From assembly GCF_006345805.1 (NCBI RefSeq), contig NC_043008.1:35712001-35776000 (forward strand): a stretch of DNA of 64,000 nucleotides, in the 5' to 3' direction. The stretch is from Octopus sinensis (lineage: Eukaryota). Positions 14,374 to 25,042 of this stretch are shown here, in pieces (within the stretch, counting starts at the first letter, position 1; every line of letters begins with the position of its first letter). The notes beneath the pieces are model-generated. The model ran no database searches. It saw only the letters and a list, made by a program, of their open reading frames with translations, and had not been told where the DNA came from. A program made the position numbers and the translations under genes.

Positions 14374-14413
14374 AAGAAATTTGAAAAGCTACACGCGAAA
14401 CCGGTAATTTCTT
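14374..14413 (+). ncRNA. Minimal type I hammerhead ribozyme motif, U3-A8 core variant (Penelope type)
   Basis: Stem I AAGAAAU/AUUUCUU (7 bp), core UUGAAAA, stem II GC-uacac-GC, GAAA, palindromic stem III ACCGGU, cleavage triplet GUA (cut after 14406). Confidence 0.6.
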
Positions 14414-14589
14414 TAAAAATTTTAAAATTATGTCATTTTAAGGAAAGGAAAAAAAAATTTTTCCAATATTCTCCAGACATTTTGACACAAATATATATAT
14501 TTTTTAACATTTAAGCCTTCTGTCGTTTTTTCACACTTTACTATTTTCTTATATATTCACCCACGTGCTTTACCAAACAAACTTTCTTA

Positions 14590-14638
<49 letters not shown>

Positions 14639-15077
14639 TGGTCTTCTTTCAGTTTCTGTCTACCAAATCCACTCACAAGAGTTTAGTCAGATCAAGGCTA
14701 TATTAGAAGACACTTGCCCAAGGTGCCACTCAGTGAGACTGAACTTAGAACCATGTGGCTGGGAAGCAAGCTTCTTACTGCTCAGTCACACCTGTGCCAT
14801 ACCTAACCATTTTTAAAAATGAGAAGGAAGGATACAGTAGATATAATATAAAGGACAGGGTGGTCATGCCTGGAATGTTTTTGATCAAAGCTCTACTCAA
14901 GCTGTGCTGACTTTGAGCTTGAAATTAAGATCAACAATCTGGCAGTGTGGTTAAGAAGTTCACTTTGTAACCACATTGTTTCAGGTTCTGTCCCACTGCA
15001 CAACAGCAGCTGGGGTAAATATCTTCTACTAGAGATCCAGGCCAACCAATACCTTGTGAGTGAAGTTGGTCAATAGA

Positions 15078-15247
15078 ACATAGGAGTGGCTGTGTGGTAA
15101 GTAGCTTGCTTACGAACCACATGGTTCCAGATTCAGTCCCACTGCATGGCACCTTGGGCAAGTATCGTCTACTATAGCCTTGGGCCAACCAAAGCCTTGT
15201 GAGTGGATTTGTGGATTTGGTTGACGGAAACTGAAAGAAGCCTGTCG

Positions 15248-15300
<53 letters not shown>

Positions 15301-15313
15301 GTATATATATGTG

Positions 15314-15345
<32 letters not shown>

Positions 15346-15755
15346 ACTACACTCGCGGAGTGGTTGGCGTTAGGAAGGGCATCCAGCTGTAGAAACTCTG
15401 CCAGATCAGACTGGAGCCTGGTGCAGCCCCTGGCTTCCCAGACCCCAGTCGAACCGTCCAACCCGTGCTAGCGCGGAAAACGGACGTTAAACGATGATGA
15501 TGATGATGATATATATATGTGTGTGTGTATCGGTTTGTGCATCTGTGCTTGTCCCCACCCCAACATTGCTTGACAACCGATGCTGGTGTATTTACGTCCC
15601 TGTAACTTAGCGGTTCGACAAAAGAGACCGATAGAATGAGTACTAGGCTTACAAAGAATAAATCCTGGGTTCGATTTGCTCGACTAAAGGCAGTGCTCCA
15701 GCATGGCCACAGTCAAATGACTGAAACAAGTAAAAGAGTAAAAGAGTAAAAGAGA
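15078..15755 (+). mobile_element. Meta-like SINE with an RTE 3' tail (15345-15510) inserted in its central microsatellite
   Basis: Head at 15078, (TG/TA)n, then gagtggttggcgttaggaagggc...gatgatgat, then the SINE 3' half ending gtaaaagagtaaaagag. Confidence 0.85.
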
Positions 15756-15984
15756 GCCACTGTCTGATTCTGAAATCAAACTCATAACCCAACACTGTAA
15801 CCACTAGGCCACAGAACTTCATGTGTGTATGTGTGTGTGTGTGTGTCACACATATCCACACACTGAATAAAACAGATACAGTGCAATATTTTTCACATTT
15901 GTTCAACTCGTCCTAGCAAGGAAAACGGATGTTAAAAGATGATGATGTGGAACTGATTTTGAGTGACACCATCAAAGAGGCAGA

Positions 15985-16140
15985 CACATAATGTAACTAA
16001 AAGTTTGCTGATGCCATAGATGGAATGGCTACAAGAAAGGAAGATTAATTTATTGAATAAGTCTCAACCATCTTCAAAGAACTTCCACCAAATTTGGGAA
16101 GGAAATCAATGTTGAGAGACCAAATGTTAAAGGAGCCATC
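15985..16140 (+). pseudogene. RTE RT core fragment
   Basis: KFADAIDGMA..., then frameshifted HLQRTSTKFGKEINVE, resembling LRFADDIDGLA...RLDxTSTxYGMEISAEKTK. Confidence 0.6.
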
Positions 16141-16534
16141 TCTTCAGATATCTTTCAACAAAAACAGAAAATAAAGGAGTTGTATACTGTCAACTTAATG
16201 TGACAGTCCCATGAAGGGAATAATAAATACTACTGCTATTTAGCCCTAGGAAGCAGCAACGCTTCCTGTCGGCCTTGACACATTTCCTGAGTCCTTATGT
16301 TTGCAAGGGGCAGATAAGCACCTCCATCCAGCCAAGCCTGCAACCAGTGACTAGTTTCTGAATATTTGCTCGTCATCAGTCTGTAGTAGCATGGCCTGCC
16401 AGCTGGAGATGCCTATCTAGCCTTTGCGAACATATAAGAATTCTAGTGAAATGCATTCACTGATTACAAAAATAGAAATAATACATTTCTAAATAAAGGG
16501 TTTGAGCAGAAATTCAAACACCTGACAGCACTCA

Positions 16535-16965
16535 TTAACCCTTTAGTTACCATATTTCTGTTGAAAAGCACAGCATTTGTTTTAATTAATTTTGAAAATA
16601 ATATGATAAAATAAATGCGCCCTTTTAAAGCCTAGCCAGGATCACGGGCCCGGTTTCCCGATTTCTATGGCATATGTGTTCCCCAGCTGGATGGGACACC
16701 AGTCCATCGCAGCGCTACTCATTTTTGCCAGTTGAGTGGACTGGAGCAACGTGAAATGAAGTGTTTTGCTCAAGAACACAATGCATCGCCCGGTCCAGGA
16801 ATCGAAACCACAATCTTAGGATCATGGTACTGACACCCTAACCACTAAGCCAAGTGCCTCCACAATTTTGAAAATAATGAAGAATTTACTGATATAACTT
16901 TGTCATTATTAAGCTGGTGTTTGAAAGACAAATCAACAGAAAATTTTGAAGAAAAGTTTTTACTG
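16535..16965. mobile_element. piggyBac-like MITE (TTAA-CCCTTT) interrupted by a CORE-like SINE
   Basis: ttaaccctttagttacc at 16535. SINE at 16603-16863 (-) with 15-bp TSD aattttgaaaataat at 16588-16602 and 16864-16878. Confidence 0.7.
16603..16863 (-). mobile_element. CORE-like tRNA SINE
   Basis: A-box tggcttagtgg, B-box ggtttcgattcc, core gtgttcttgagcaaaacacttcattt...ccagtccactca. Relatives at 17275-17505, 25570-26215, 26270-26570, 29305-29560 and 37293-37620. Confidence 0.8.
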
Positions 16966-16989
16966 AGACCCCAGGAGTGGTTGGATTGA

Positions 16990-17150
16990 TAAAGGATCAA
17001 TATTGGAAATCCTTGGATGATGCAACCATTAGTGGCTCAACTGAGTCTGTTGTTTGGGACCTTCAGCAGGTTATCCCAGCCCTAAAGCTTCTCAGGCTTG
17101 AGATCAACCCATCCAAGTCAGAGGTCATAAATGTTTGCAAAAAGTGTTCA
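16990..17150 (+). pseudogene. RT fragment of an early-branching (CRE-like) non-LTR retrotransposon
   Basis: WKSLDDATISGSTESVVWDLQQVIPALKLLRLEINPSKSEVI, resembling WYLDDGTLGG...DL...GLxLNxxKCE. Confidence 0.6.
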
Positions 17151-17606
17151 ACTAATAACTTTACTAATCAAACTTAGGTAAATATGATTTCATTGAAGCA
17201 AAAATATTGCTTATTCTGTTCATAAAACAATAGTTCACGTATTAGTATTAATTAAAACAGAATCAAAGGTTCTTCCTTAGACAGAGGGCTCATAAGGGCA
17301 GTTTCCTACATTAGATGATATATATACTCCTCCCCCACCCCTTGGATGGGATGCCAGTCCATCACAGAATAATTCATTTTTGCCAGTTGAGTGGAATGGA
17401 GTATTCTGCTCAAGAACACAATGCACTGCCTGGTCCTGGAATTGAAACCATAAACTTAAAATCATGAGTACAACACTCTACCTAGTGAGCCACACAACTC
17501 CACACTCGTAATGATAATTGCTTCTAATCTAGAAGCAAAGCTAACAATTTTTAGGAGAGAAGATTAGTCAATTACATCAAATTCCAGTACATGACTGGTA
17601 TTATAT

Positions 17607-17609
<3 letters not shown>

Positions 17610-17648
<39 letters not shown>

Positions 17649-17861
17649 GTTTCAAATTTTGCCACAAGGGCACCCATTTTGGGGGAGGGGATATGTCGAT
17701 TACAGAGACCCCAGTGTTCAACTGGTGCTTAATTTATCGACCCTAAAAGAATGAAATGCAAAGTTGACCTAGGTGAAATTTGAACTCAAAACATAGCGAT
17801 GGGTGAAATACCGCTAAGCATTTAACCCAGCATACTAGTCTGCCAGCTCACCGCCTTAATA

Positions 17862-17900
<39 letters not shown>

Positions 17901-18137
17901 TAATAATAATAATAATAATAATAATATTTTCAAATTTTGGCACAAGGCCAGCAATTTTAAGGAGAGGGGATTAATCAATTACATCGACCCCAGTATTTGA
18001 CTGGTGCTTATTTCATCAACCCTGAAAGGATGAAGCAAAGTCAATTTCAGTGAAATTTGAACTCAGAACACAAAGGTAGACAAAATGCCACTAAGCATTT
18101 TGTCAGGTGTGCTAACAATTCTACCAACTCACTGCCT
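17610..18137 (-). mobile_element. Two Nin-like SINEs with (TTA)n tails in tandem, separated by (TAA)n
   Basis: Core atcgaccc...aaaggatgaa...ttgaactcagaac twice. (TAA)n at 17610-17648 and 17859-17926. Confidence 0.8.
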
Positions 18138-18139
18138 AA

Positions 18140-19540
18140 ATAATAATAGCGTGGTATATAATAAGTGCCATGGATCCACTGTTGAAACACACGAAGAAGG
18201 CCGCCGCAATCAAAACTGAAAATAGTGTAACTAAAGAGAAATTTAAACAAGAAATGAACGAAAACAAAAACATGGAAGAAAACAAAATGTATGGTCAGTT
18301 TGCAAGAGATGTGAATGCCAAAACAGATACAGAGGACCGGTGGCTATGGATGAGGAGGAGTGACCTGAAAATAGAGACAGAAGCACTTGTATGCACAGCT
18401 CAAGAATAAGCATTAAGGATCAATTAATTATATGAAGTGCAGAACTGACAACACTACCAATAGCGACAAATGCAGAATATGTGGGGAAAGGTGTGAAATG
18501 CGTTAGTGAATGCCCAAAATTGGAACATCACAAATACAAACAACACCATGACAATGTGGCAAGAATGATCCATTGGAAGCTCTGTGGAAACCATGGTCTA
18601 CAAAGAGCAAAGACATGGTATGAACAAACCTCAGAAGGAGTCACCAAAAATGAGAACTGCAAAATTCTGTGGGATGTAATGATCCAGTGCAACCACCTGA
18701 CCAGACAGAGGAAACTGGACATTGATGTGGTGAATAAAAAAAAAAACAACGTGTATGATTATCAACATAACATAGGTGTAGGAGTGGCTGTGTGGTAAGT
18801 AGCTTGCTTATGAACTACATGGTTCCAGGTTCAGTCCCACTGTGTGGCAACTTGGGCAAGTGTCTTCTACTATAGCCTCAGGCTGACCAAAGCCTTGTGA
18901 GTGGATTTGGTAGACGGAAACTGAAAGAAGCCTGTCGTATATATGTATATGTATGTGTATATATATATATGTATGTATATGTTTGTGTGTCTGTGTTTGT
19001 CTCCCCAGCATTGCTTGAAAACCAATGCTGGTGTGTTTACTTCCCCGTAACTTAGTGGTTCATCAAAAGAGACCAAAAGAATAAGTACTAGGCTTACAAA
19101 GAATAAATCCTGGAGTTGATTTGCTTGACTAAAGGCGGTGCTCAAGCATGGCCACAGTCAAATGACTGAAACAAGTAAAAGAGTAAAAGAGTATAGCATG
19201 CACCGGTGACAACAGGATCAATGAGAAAGAAGAAGAAAAAATAAACAACTATGACAATTTAAAGTGGGAAATAAGAAGGTTGTGGTCAATGAAGAAAGTA
19301 GATGTGATACCAATAGCAATTGGTGCAATTGGAAGTATCAGCACTCAGCTACCAACATGGCTGAAAAAGATCGGTACAAGTGTGAAAGTAGAACACCTAC
19401 AAAAATCAGCATTGCTTGGAAGTGCAAGAATTCTTTACAGGATTCTTGAAGCATGACCAGTAAAGCAAGTGTCACCTTAGTCAGCTGGCTGTGGACAGCT
19501 GACACTTTCCATCATACCCAGCAAAATAAGCTGAGTTTTC

Positions 19541-19571
<31 letters not shown>

Positions 19572-19572
19572 T
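18140..19572 (+). pseudogene. 5'-truncated R4/Dong-type non-LTR retrotransposon (CCHC plus PD-(D/E)xK endonuclease, (TAA)n tail), split by a SINE
   Basis: MYGQFARD...WLWMRRSDLKIETEALVCTAQE*ALR...KCRICG...SECPKL...HDNVARMIHWKLC...KILWD...RKLDIDVVNKK..CMII|IAC.GDNRINEKEEEKINNYDNLKWEIRRLW...IPIAIGAIG...LQKSALLGSARIL*. Confidence 0.85.
18772..19193 (+). mobile_element. Full-length Meta-like SINE
   Basis: ataggtgtaggagtggctgtgtgg ... gtaaaagagtaaaagagt. Confidence 0.9.
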
Positions 19573-19929
19573 AATTTTAAATTTTGGCACAAGGCCAGCA
19601 ATTTCAGGGAGTGGGGCTAAGTGGATTACATCAACACCAGTGCTCAACTGGTGCTTATTTTATGAACCTCAAAAGGATGAAAGGCAAAGTTGACCTTGGT
19701 AGGATTTGAACTCAGAACACAAAGCCAGAAACAATAGCACTCTACATTTTGCCTGGCATTCCAATGATTCTGACTGTAAGAATAATAAAAAAAAAAAGTT
19801 TGGTTGTAAACCTGTTCAACTGTTGTCTGTGTGAGGAAAGAAACTGTAATAAGACAATGGTGAAGAGACGAGCAAAAGAAGTGAACACAGCCATGGTGAT
19901 TAGGGAAAGTACAATAAGGAAATGTAGGG

Positions 19930-20270
19930 TGATGGTGGTGGTGGTGGTGGTGGTGGTGGTGGTGCCAGTGATGATGACGACAATAACAACAGCAATGATG
20001 ATGACGACGACGACGACTGTAATAAGAGGGAAGATAACAAGAATGATGATTAGAGAGAGAGAGAAGAGAATTATGACGATTATGTTGAACAGGAGGATTA
20101 TGATCACAATGGTGAGGGTGGTGACAATGATGATAAGAAAGAGGATGATTAGGATAATGATGATGAAGATGATAATGATGGTGGTGGTGGTGGTGGTGGT
20201 GGTGGTGATGGTGGTGGTGGTGGTGAAGAAGATAGTAATAATGATAACAATGATGGTGATTATGATGATT

Positions 20271-20312
<42 letters not shown>

Positions 20313-20316
20313 ATGG

Positions 20317-20363
<47 letters not shown>

Positions 20364-20397
20364 ATGATTATGGTGATGATGATTATGATTATGGTGA

Positions 20398-20471
<74 letters not shown>

Positions 20472-20635
20472 ATGATTATGGTGATGATGATGATGATGAT
20501 TATGATGATTATGATGATTATGATTATGATGATGATGATGATTATGATGATGGTGGTGATGATGATGATAATGGTGATGATGAAGAAGATAGTAACAAAG
20601 ATAAAAATCACGATGATTATGATGATGATGATGCC
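19930..20635. repeat. Approximately 700-bp imperfect (GAT/GGT)n array
   Basis: Directly visible. Produces the 298-aa poly-Met/Val and 289-aa poly-Ile ORFs. Confidence 0.95.
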
Positions 20636-21174
20636 AAAAAACTAGAGAACATTCTGTCTAAATATTTAACAAGGTATCTTGATGTAACCATGGAAACATA
20701 TTTTTTTCTTAATCCATACATTTTTTTTATTTCCAATTAGAGCACAGTTCATGTGTGTGTCTGTCTGTGTGCATTTATGTATATGCATCAGTGTGTGTGT
20801 GGGTATGGGTGTGGGTGTGCCTCTGTGTGTGTGTGTGTGTGTGTACACAAACTTGTATGTGGTTGTGTGTCTTAGAATAGAATATCTTTCTGCATTGTCA
20901 CTTAGATTAAGTTAATACATATTATTATATCTCTCTTATTAGAGCTCAAAAGTTACATCCCGAAGTTATGAACATGTGCTATGAGCTGACATGGGAGACT
21001 TTATGTGGTTGTTAGAACAAGCAGAGATAGCAACCAAATTACCCTCAAATCATTCCCTTTCGTTTTTTTCCCCCTAAGTGGCACACCCAGCAAAACAGCC
21101 ACTTCTATCCCTCTGTTCATACTCTAACTTCTCTTCAGCTGGTACAATGACTTCACATTCACTACTCTTATTTC

Positions 21175-21590
21175 TGTTATTGCCCACAAGGAGCTAAACA
21201 TAGAGGGAACAAACAAGGACAGACAAAGGGATTAAGTCGATTACATCGACCCCCAGTGCGTAACTGGTACTTAAGTTATCGACCCCAAAAGGATGAAAGG
21301 CTAAGTCGACCTCGGCGGAATTTGAACTCAGAACGTAACAGCAGACAAAATACCTATTTCTTTACTACCCACAAGGAGCTAAACACAGAGGGGACAAACA
21401 AGGACAGACAAATGGACTAAGTTGATTACATCGACCCCAGTGCATAACTGGTACTTAATTTATAGAGCCTGAAAGGATGAAAGGCAAAGTTGACCTCGGC
21501 GGAATTTGAACCCAGAACATAATGGCAGACCAAATACCGCTAAGCATTTCGCCCAGCATGCTAACAATTCTGCCAGCTCGCCGCCTTACA
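21175..21590 (-). mobile_element. Nin-like SINE dimer
   Basis: Full monomer, then a headless unit joined at aaagaaata|ggtattttgtctg. Confidence 0.85.
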
Positions 21591-22159
21591 CTTACTACTC
21601 TGCTTCATCTCAGTTGAAGGATCATTGTCTTGCAATTTATTTGGTGACCTTGCTGATACCAGTGCCACTTCCAAGAGCACTCAGTGCACTCTGCAAAATG
21701 GTTAGCATTAGGAAGGGCAGCCAGCCAGGAAACCCATGCCAAAGAAGACAATAGAGCTTGATGCAGTCCTCTGGTTCCCCAGCACCCATCGAACTGTCCA
21801 ACCCCATGCCAGCGTGGAAAATAGACGTTACATGGTTATAATGAGTATGATGATGATGATGATGAAAGACACATTGGCTATTATAATCCAAGATAGACAA
21901 TATCACAAAGAAAAATAGAGACAAGATTACCACAACAGGAACATTTTCAGCCATAAGGCTGCTGGATGAGAACTGAGTCAGTAATATAAAGGAATAGCAA
22001 TTACATAAGCCAGAGATGTATGTGTAATGTATCAGGTTTGACCTGGAGCTGAACGACAACAAAAACAACAATTACACAGAGAGGCTTTGTTGTTGGCTGT
22101 CAGGTAGTTCTTGTTCTTGTACCAAAATCACCATCATGATTCCAGAATTTCTAATTTCA

Positions 22160-22589
22160 TTATTGCCTACAAGGGGCTAAACATACAGGAGACAAACAAG
22201 GACAGACAAAGTCAATTACATCGACCCTGCTGCATAACTGGTAGTTAATTTATCGACCCCACAAGGATGAAAGGTAAAGTTGACCTCGGCGGAATTTGAA
22301 CTCAGAATGTAAAGACAGATGAAATACCGCTAAACATTTCGCCCGGCATGCTAACATTTCTGCCAGCTCGCCGCCTTATTCCAGAATTTCAGAATTTCTA
22401 ACCATGCATCATTTCTTGCCATGCTCACAAAACGAATGCCGTCACCACTCACTGTCTCTTTCACTCTCTCTCTCTCTTTCTTACTTCCTCTCTGTCCTCC
22501 TCTCTTTCACTTTGTCACTTCTTTGAAGTAAGTGTGATGCACACAACAGGTACACATAAAAACAAAAAGTTAGCGTATTAATATTATTG

Positions 22590-22622
<33 letters not shown>

Positions 22623-22860
22623 TAATAATAATAACAATAATAATAATCCTTTCTGCTATAGGCACAAGGCCTAAAATTTGGTGGGAGGGAGGCAGTCAAT
22701 TAGATTGACACCAGTACATAATTGGTACTTAATTTATTGACCCCAAAAGGATGAAAGGCAAAGTTGACCTCAGTGGAATTTGAACCCAGAATGTAGTGAT
22801 GGGCGAAATTCTGCTAAGCATTTTGTCCAGTGTGCTAAAAATTCTGCCAGCTTGCTATCT
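22160..22860 (-). mobile_element. Two Nin-like SINEs (22160-22378 and 22640-22860)
   Basis: Core and heads visible. The first is flanked by attccagaatttc repeats. Confidence 0.8.
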
Positions 22861-22875
22861 TAATAATGATCATGA

Positions 22876-24255
22876 TCATCATCGTTTAACATCTGCTTTC
22901 CATGCTGGCATGGGTTGGACAGTTTGACTGAGGACTGGCAAGCCGGGAGGCTGCACCAGGCTCCAATCTGATCTGGTAAGATTTCTACAGCTGGATGCCC
23001 ATCCTAGTGCTAACCACTCCAAGAGTGTATTGGGTTCTTTTTATGTGCCACCAGCACTCGCATCGACCATACTTGAATGGTGCTTTTTACATCCCACCAG
23101 CATGGGTACCAGTCGGGCAACACTGGCATCGGTCCCACCCGAATGGAACTTTTTATATGCCACCGGCATGAGTGCTAGTCGGGCGGCACTGGCATTGGCC
23201 ACACTTGAATGGTGATTTACAGCACTGGCATCAGCCATGACTATGATCTCACTTGGCTCACCAGATATTCTCAAGCACAAAATGTCACCATAAGTCTCGA
23301 TCTCTTGTCATTGCCTCTGTGAGGCCCAATGTTCAAAGGTCTTCCTGGGTCTACCTGGGTCTACCTGGGTCTACCTGTTCCACAGGTTCCCCCCACTGTT
23401 AGGGTGTGACACTTCTTCATACAACTATCCTCATCCATATGCAACACATGCCCACACCAGTGCAGTTGTATCTCTTGCACACCACATTTGATGCTTGTTA
23501 TGTCCAACTTTTCTTTCTGAGTGCTTACACTCTGTCTTGTATGTACACTGACATTACACATCCAGCAGATCATACTAGCTTCATTCCTTTCATGCCTACG
23601 TATGTCCTCAGCAGTCAGAGCCCATGTTTCACTGTCATGTAGCATGGCTGTTCACACACAGGCATCATACAGTCTACCTTTCACTCTGAGTGAGAAGCCT
23701 TTGTTATCAGCAGAGGTAGGAGCTCTCTGAACTTTGCCCAGGCTATTTTTATTCTAGCAGCTCTCAGAGCATCTACCCCTGCTACTGACTTGGCCATCTA
23801 GGTAATGGAAGCTATCAACTACTTCTAGTTTTTTCATCTGGGATGGGACAGAATCTGTTTTCTGTACATCTTTGGTGTTTATTGCCCCTTTGCATCTGCT
23901 ACACACAAAAAAAAACTATCTTCCCAGTAAACCTCCCTTTAATATTGCTGCACTTCTTATGTGTCCATAGCTTACACCAGGTACATCTTATGGAGTTTCT
24001 AACTATGCCTTATCTACAGATTAAGCAGGGCCATCTACCTGATGGGATTTCTGATTTGTCTGCCTTCGTACTTACTAAAACTTTGGTTTTTGCTAGGTTA
24101 ACTCTAAGGTCCTTCAATTCTAGACCTTGCTTCCATACCTGAAACTTCTCCTCTAGCTCTGGTAGTGATTCAGCTATAAGAACAAGGTCATCAGTATAGA
24201 GGAGCTCCCAGGGGCAGCCTGTCTTGAATTCCTGTTATTGCCTGGATGATGATAA
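22876..24255 (-). mobile_element. 5'-truncated RTE LINE: RT motif, Cys-rich insert, C-terminus, 3' UTR with ~60-bp subrepeats, (GAT)n tail
   Basis: GCPWELLYTDDLVLIAES...VWKQGLE..LRVNLAKTKVL...GRWPCLICR*GIVRNSIRCTWCKLWTHKKCSNIKG...LHDSETWAL...LHWCGHVLHM...GRPR, continuous with the widespread tail sequence. Confidence 0.9.
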
Positions 24256-24269
24256 TAATAATAATGATG

Positions 24270-24341
<72 letters not shown>

Positions 24342-24983
24342 TAATAATAATAATAATAATAAAGGATATTACTAATAATAGTAAAGGATATTACTAACAA
24401 GGACCAGTTAAAGTAAGAAAAGAAAAAAGAAAAATATAGAACATAAGACTTATTTTCCTATCCTTGCTTTAAGGACAGCAATAAAAACCTTGATAACTTT
24501 CTGGGACTTAATTTAACTGATGCAAGAGAAACAGAAAACAAAGTCAGTTAAGTTTATGATTCAAATGAGGAAAAGTAAATGAACAAAACTATAAAAGTTG
24601 TTAAAAATTAATAACAAAATTTGACTAATAAAAGTCATCTCGCTTTTGTCTCGAGTATCTACATTAATCTCCATCAGAAAAAACAATGATAAATATGGAA
24701 TCAGCATTTGTAAGCATTTCTTGTTTTTGTTTCATTTTGACTTTTCTCATTCAATAAGTTTTTAACACATAAGTTAATCAACAACAGAACACCATCCTTC
24801 CTTTTCGCTCCCACCTCTACATGTCTAAATGATGGAATTGTTTCCAAAAAGAACTGAAGAATATTTCTATGGAAATGTTATTGGTTGTCACATATCTCTT
24901 GAGACATGGAGTAAACTTCAATTCGATTCGATTTGTATTCTTTCCGCTAACCACAAGAGACTTGGCATTCTCCCTCCCCCAAC

Positions 24984-25042
24984 CTGTTCGTAGGTCTCTT
25001 GTGACTGAAGCAGCAATCCATTCTGTTGCAATACGGATACAT
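24984..25042 (-). other. Candidate 59-nt exon of an unidentified gene
   Basis: Long pyrimidine tract ending ctcttcccag|, donor CAG|GTTGGG, open in all three frames (e.g. VSVLQQNGLLLQSQETYEQ). No homology recognised. Confidence 0.3.

Larger units (their letters stand above)
14186..14556. repeat. Perfect 371-bp palindrome (two 185-bp arms, 1-nt centre at 14371)
   Basis: Arms compared base by base with no mismatch, including the 9-nt and 6-nt homopolymers. Confidence 0.95.
13765..14800 (-). mobile_element. Meta-like SINE whose central (TA)n is expanded and contains the palindromic insert
   Basis: 3' half at 13765-13975 and head plus Meta-like domain at 14635-14800, separated by TA-rich runs and the palindrome. 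Confidence 0.75.

Noticed and set aside
16780-16863. tRNA genes at the A/B-box motifs (also 6635, 37293, 52293)
   Set aside because: They continue into SINE bodies with tails and TSDs, with no closed cloverleaf.
19742-20645. 298-aa and 289-aa ORFs, and a poly-Asp frame suggesting an acidic biomineral protein
   Set aside because: Trinucleotide array. The Asp frame has several TAG stops and no start or splice support.
24545-24760. Imperfect long inverted similarity (aaatgaggaaaagtaaatgaacaaaa versus ttttgtttcattttgacttttctcatt)
   Set aside because: Very AT-rich, gapped alignment that is plausible by chance.
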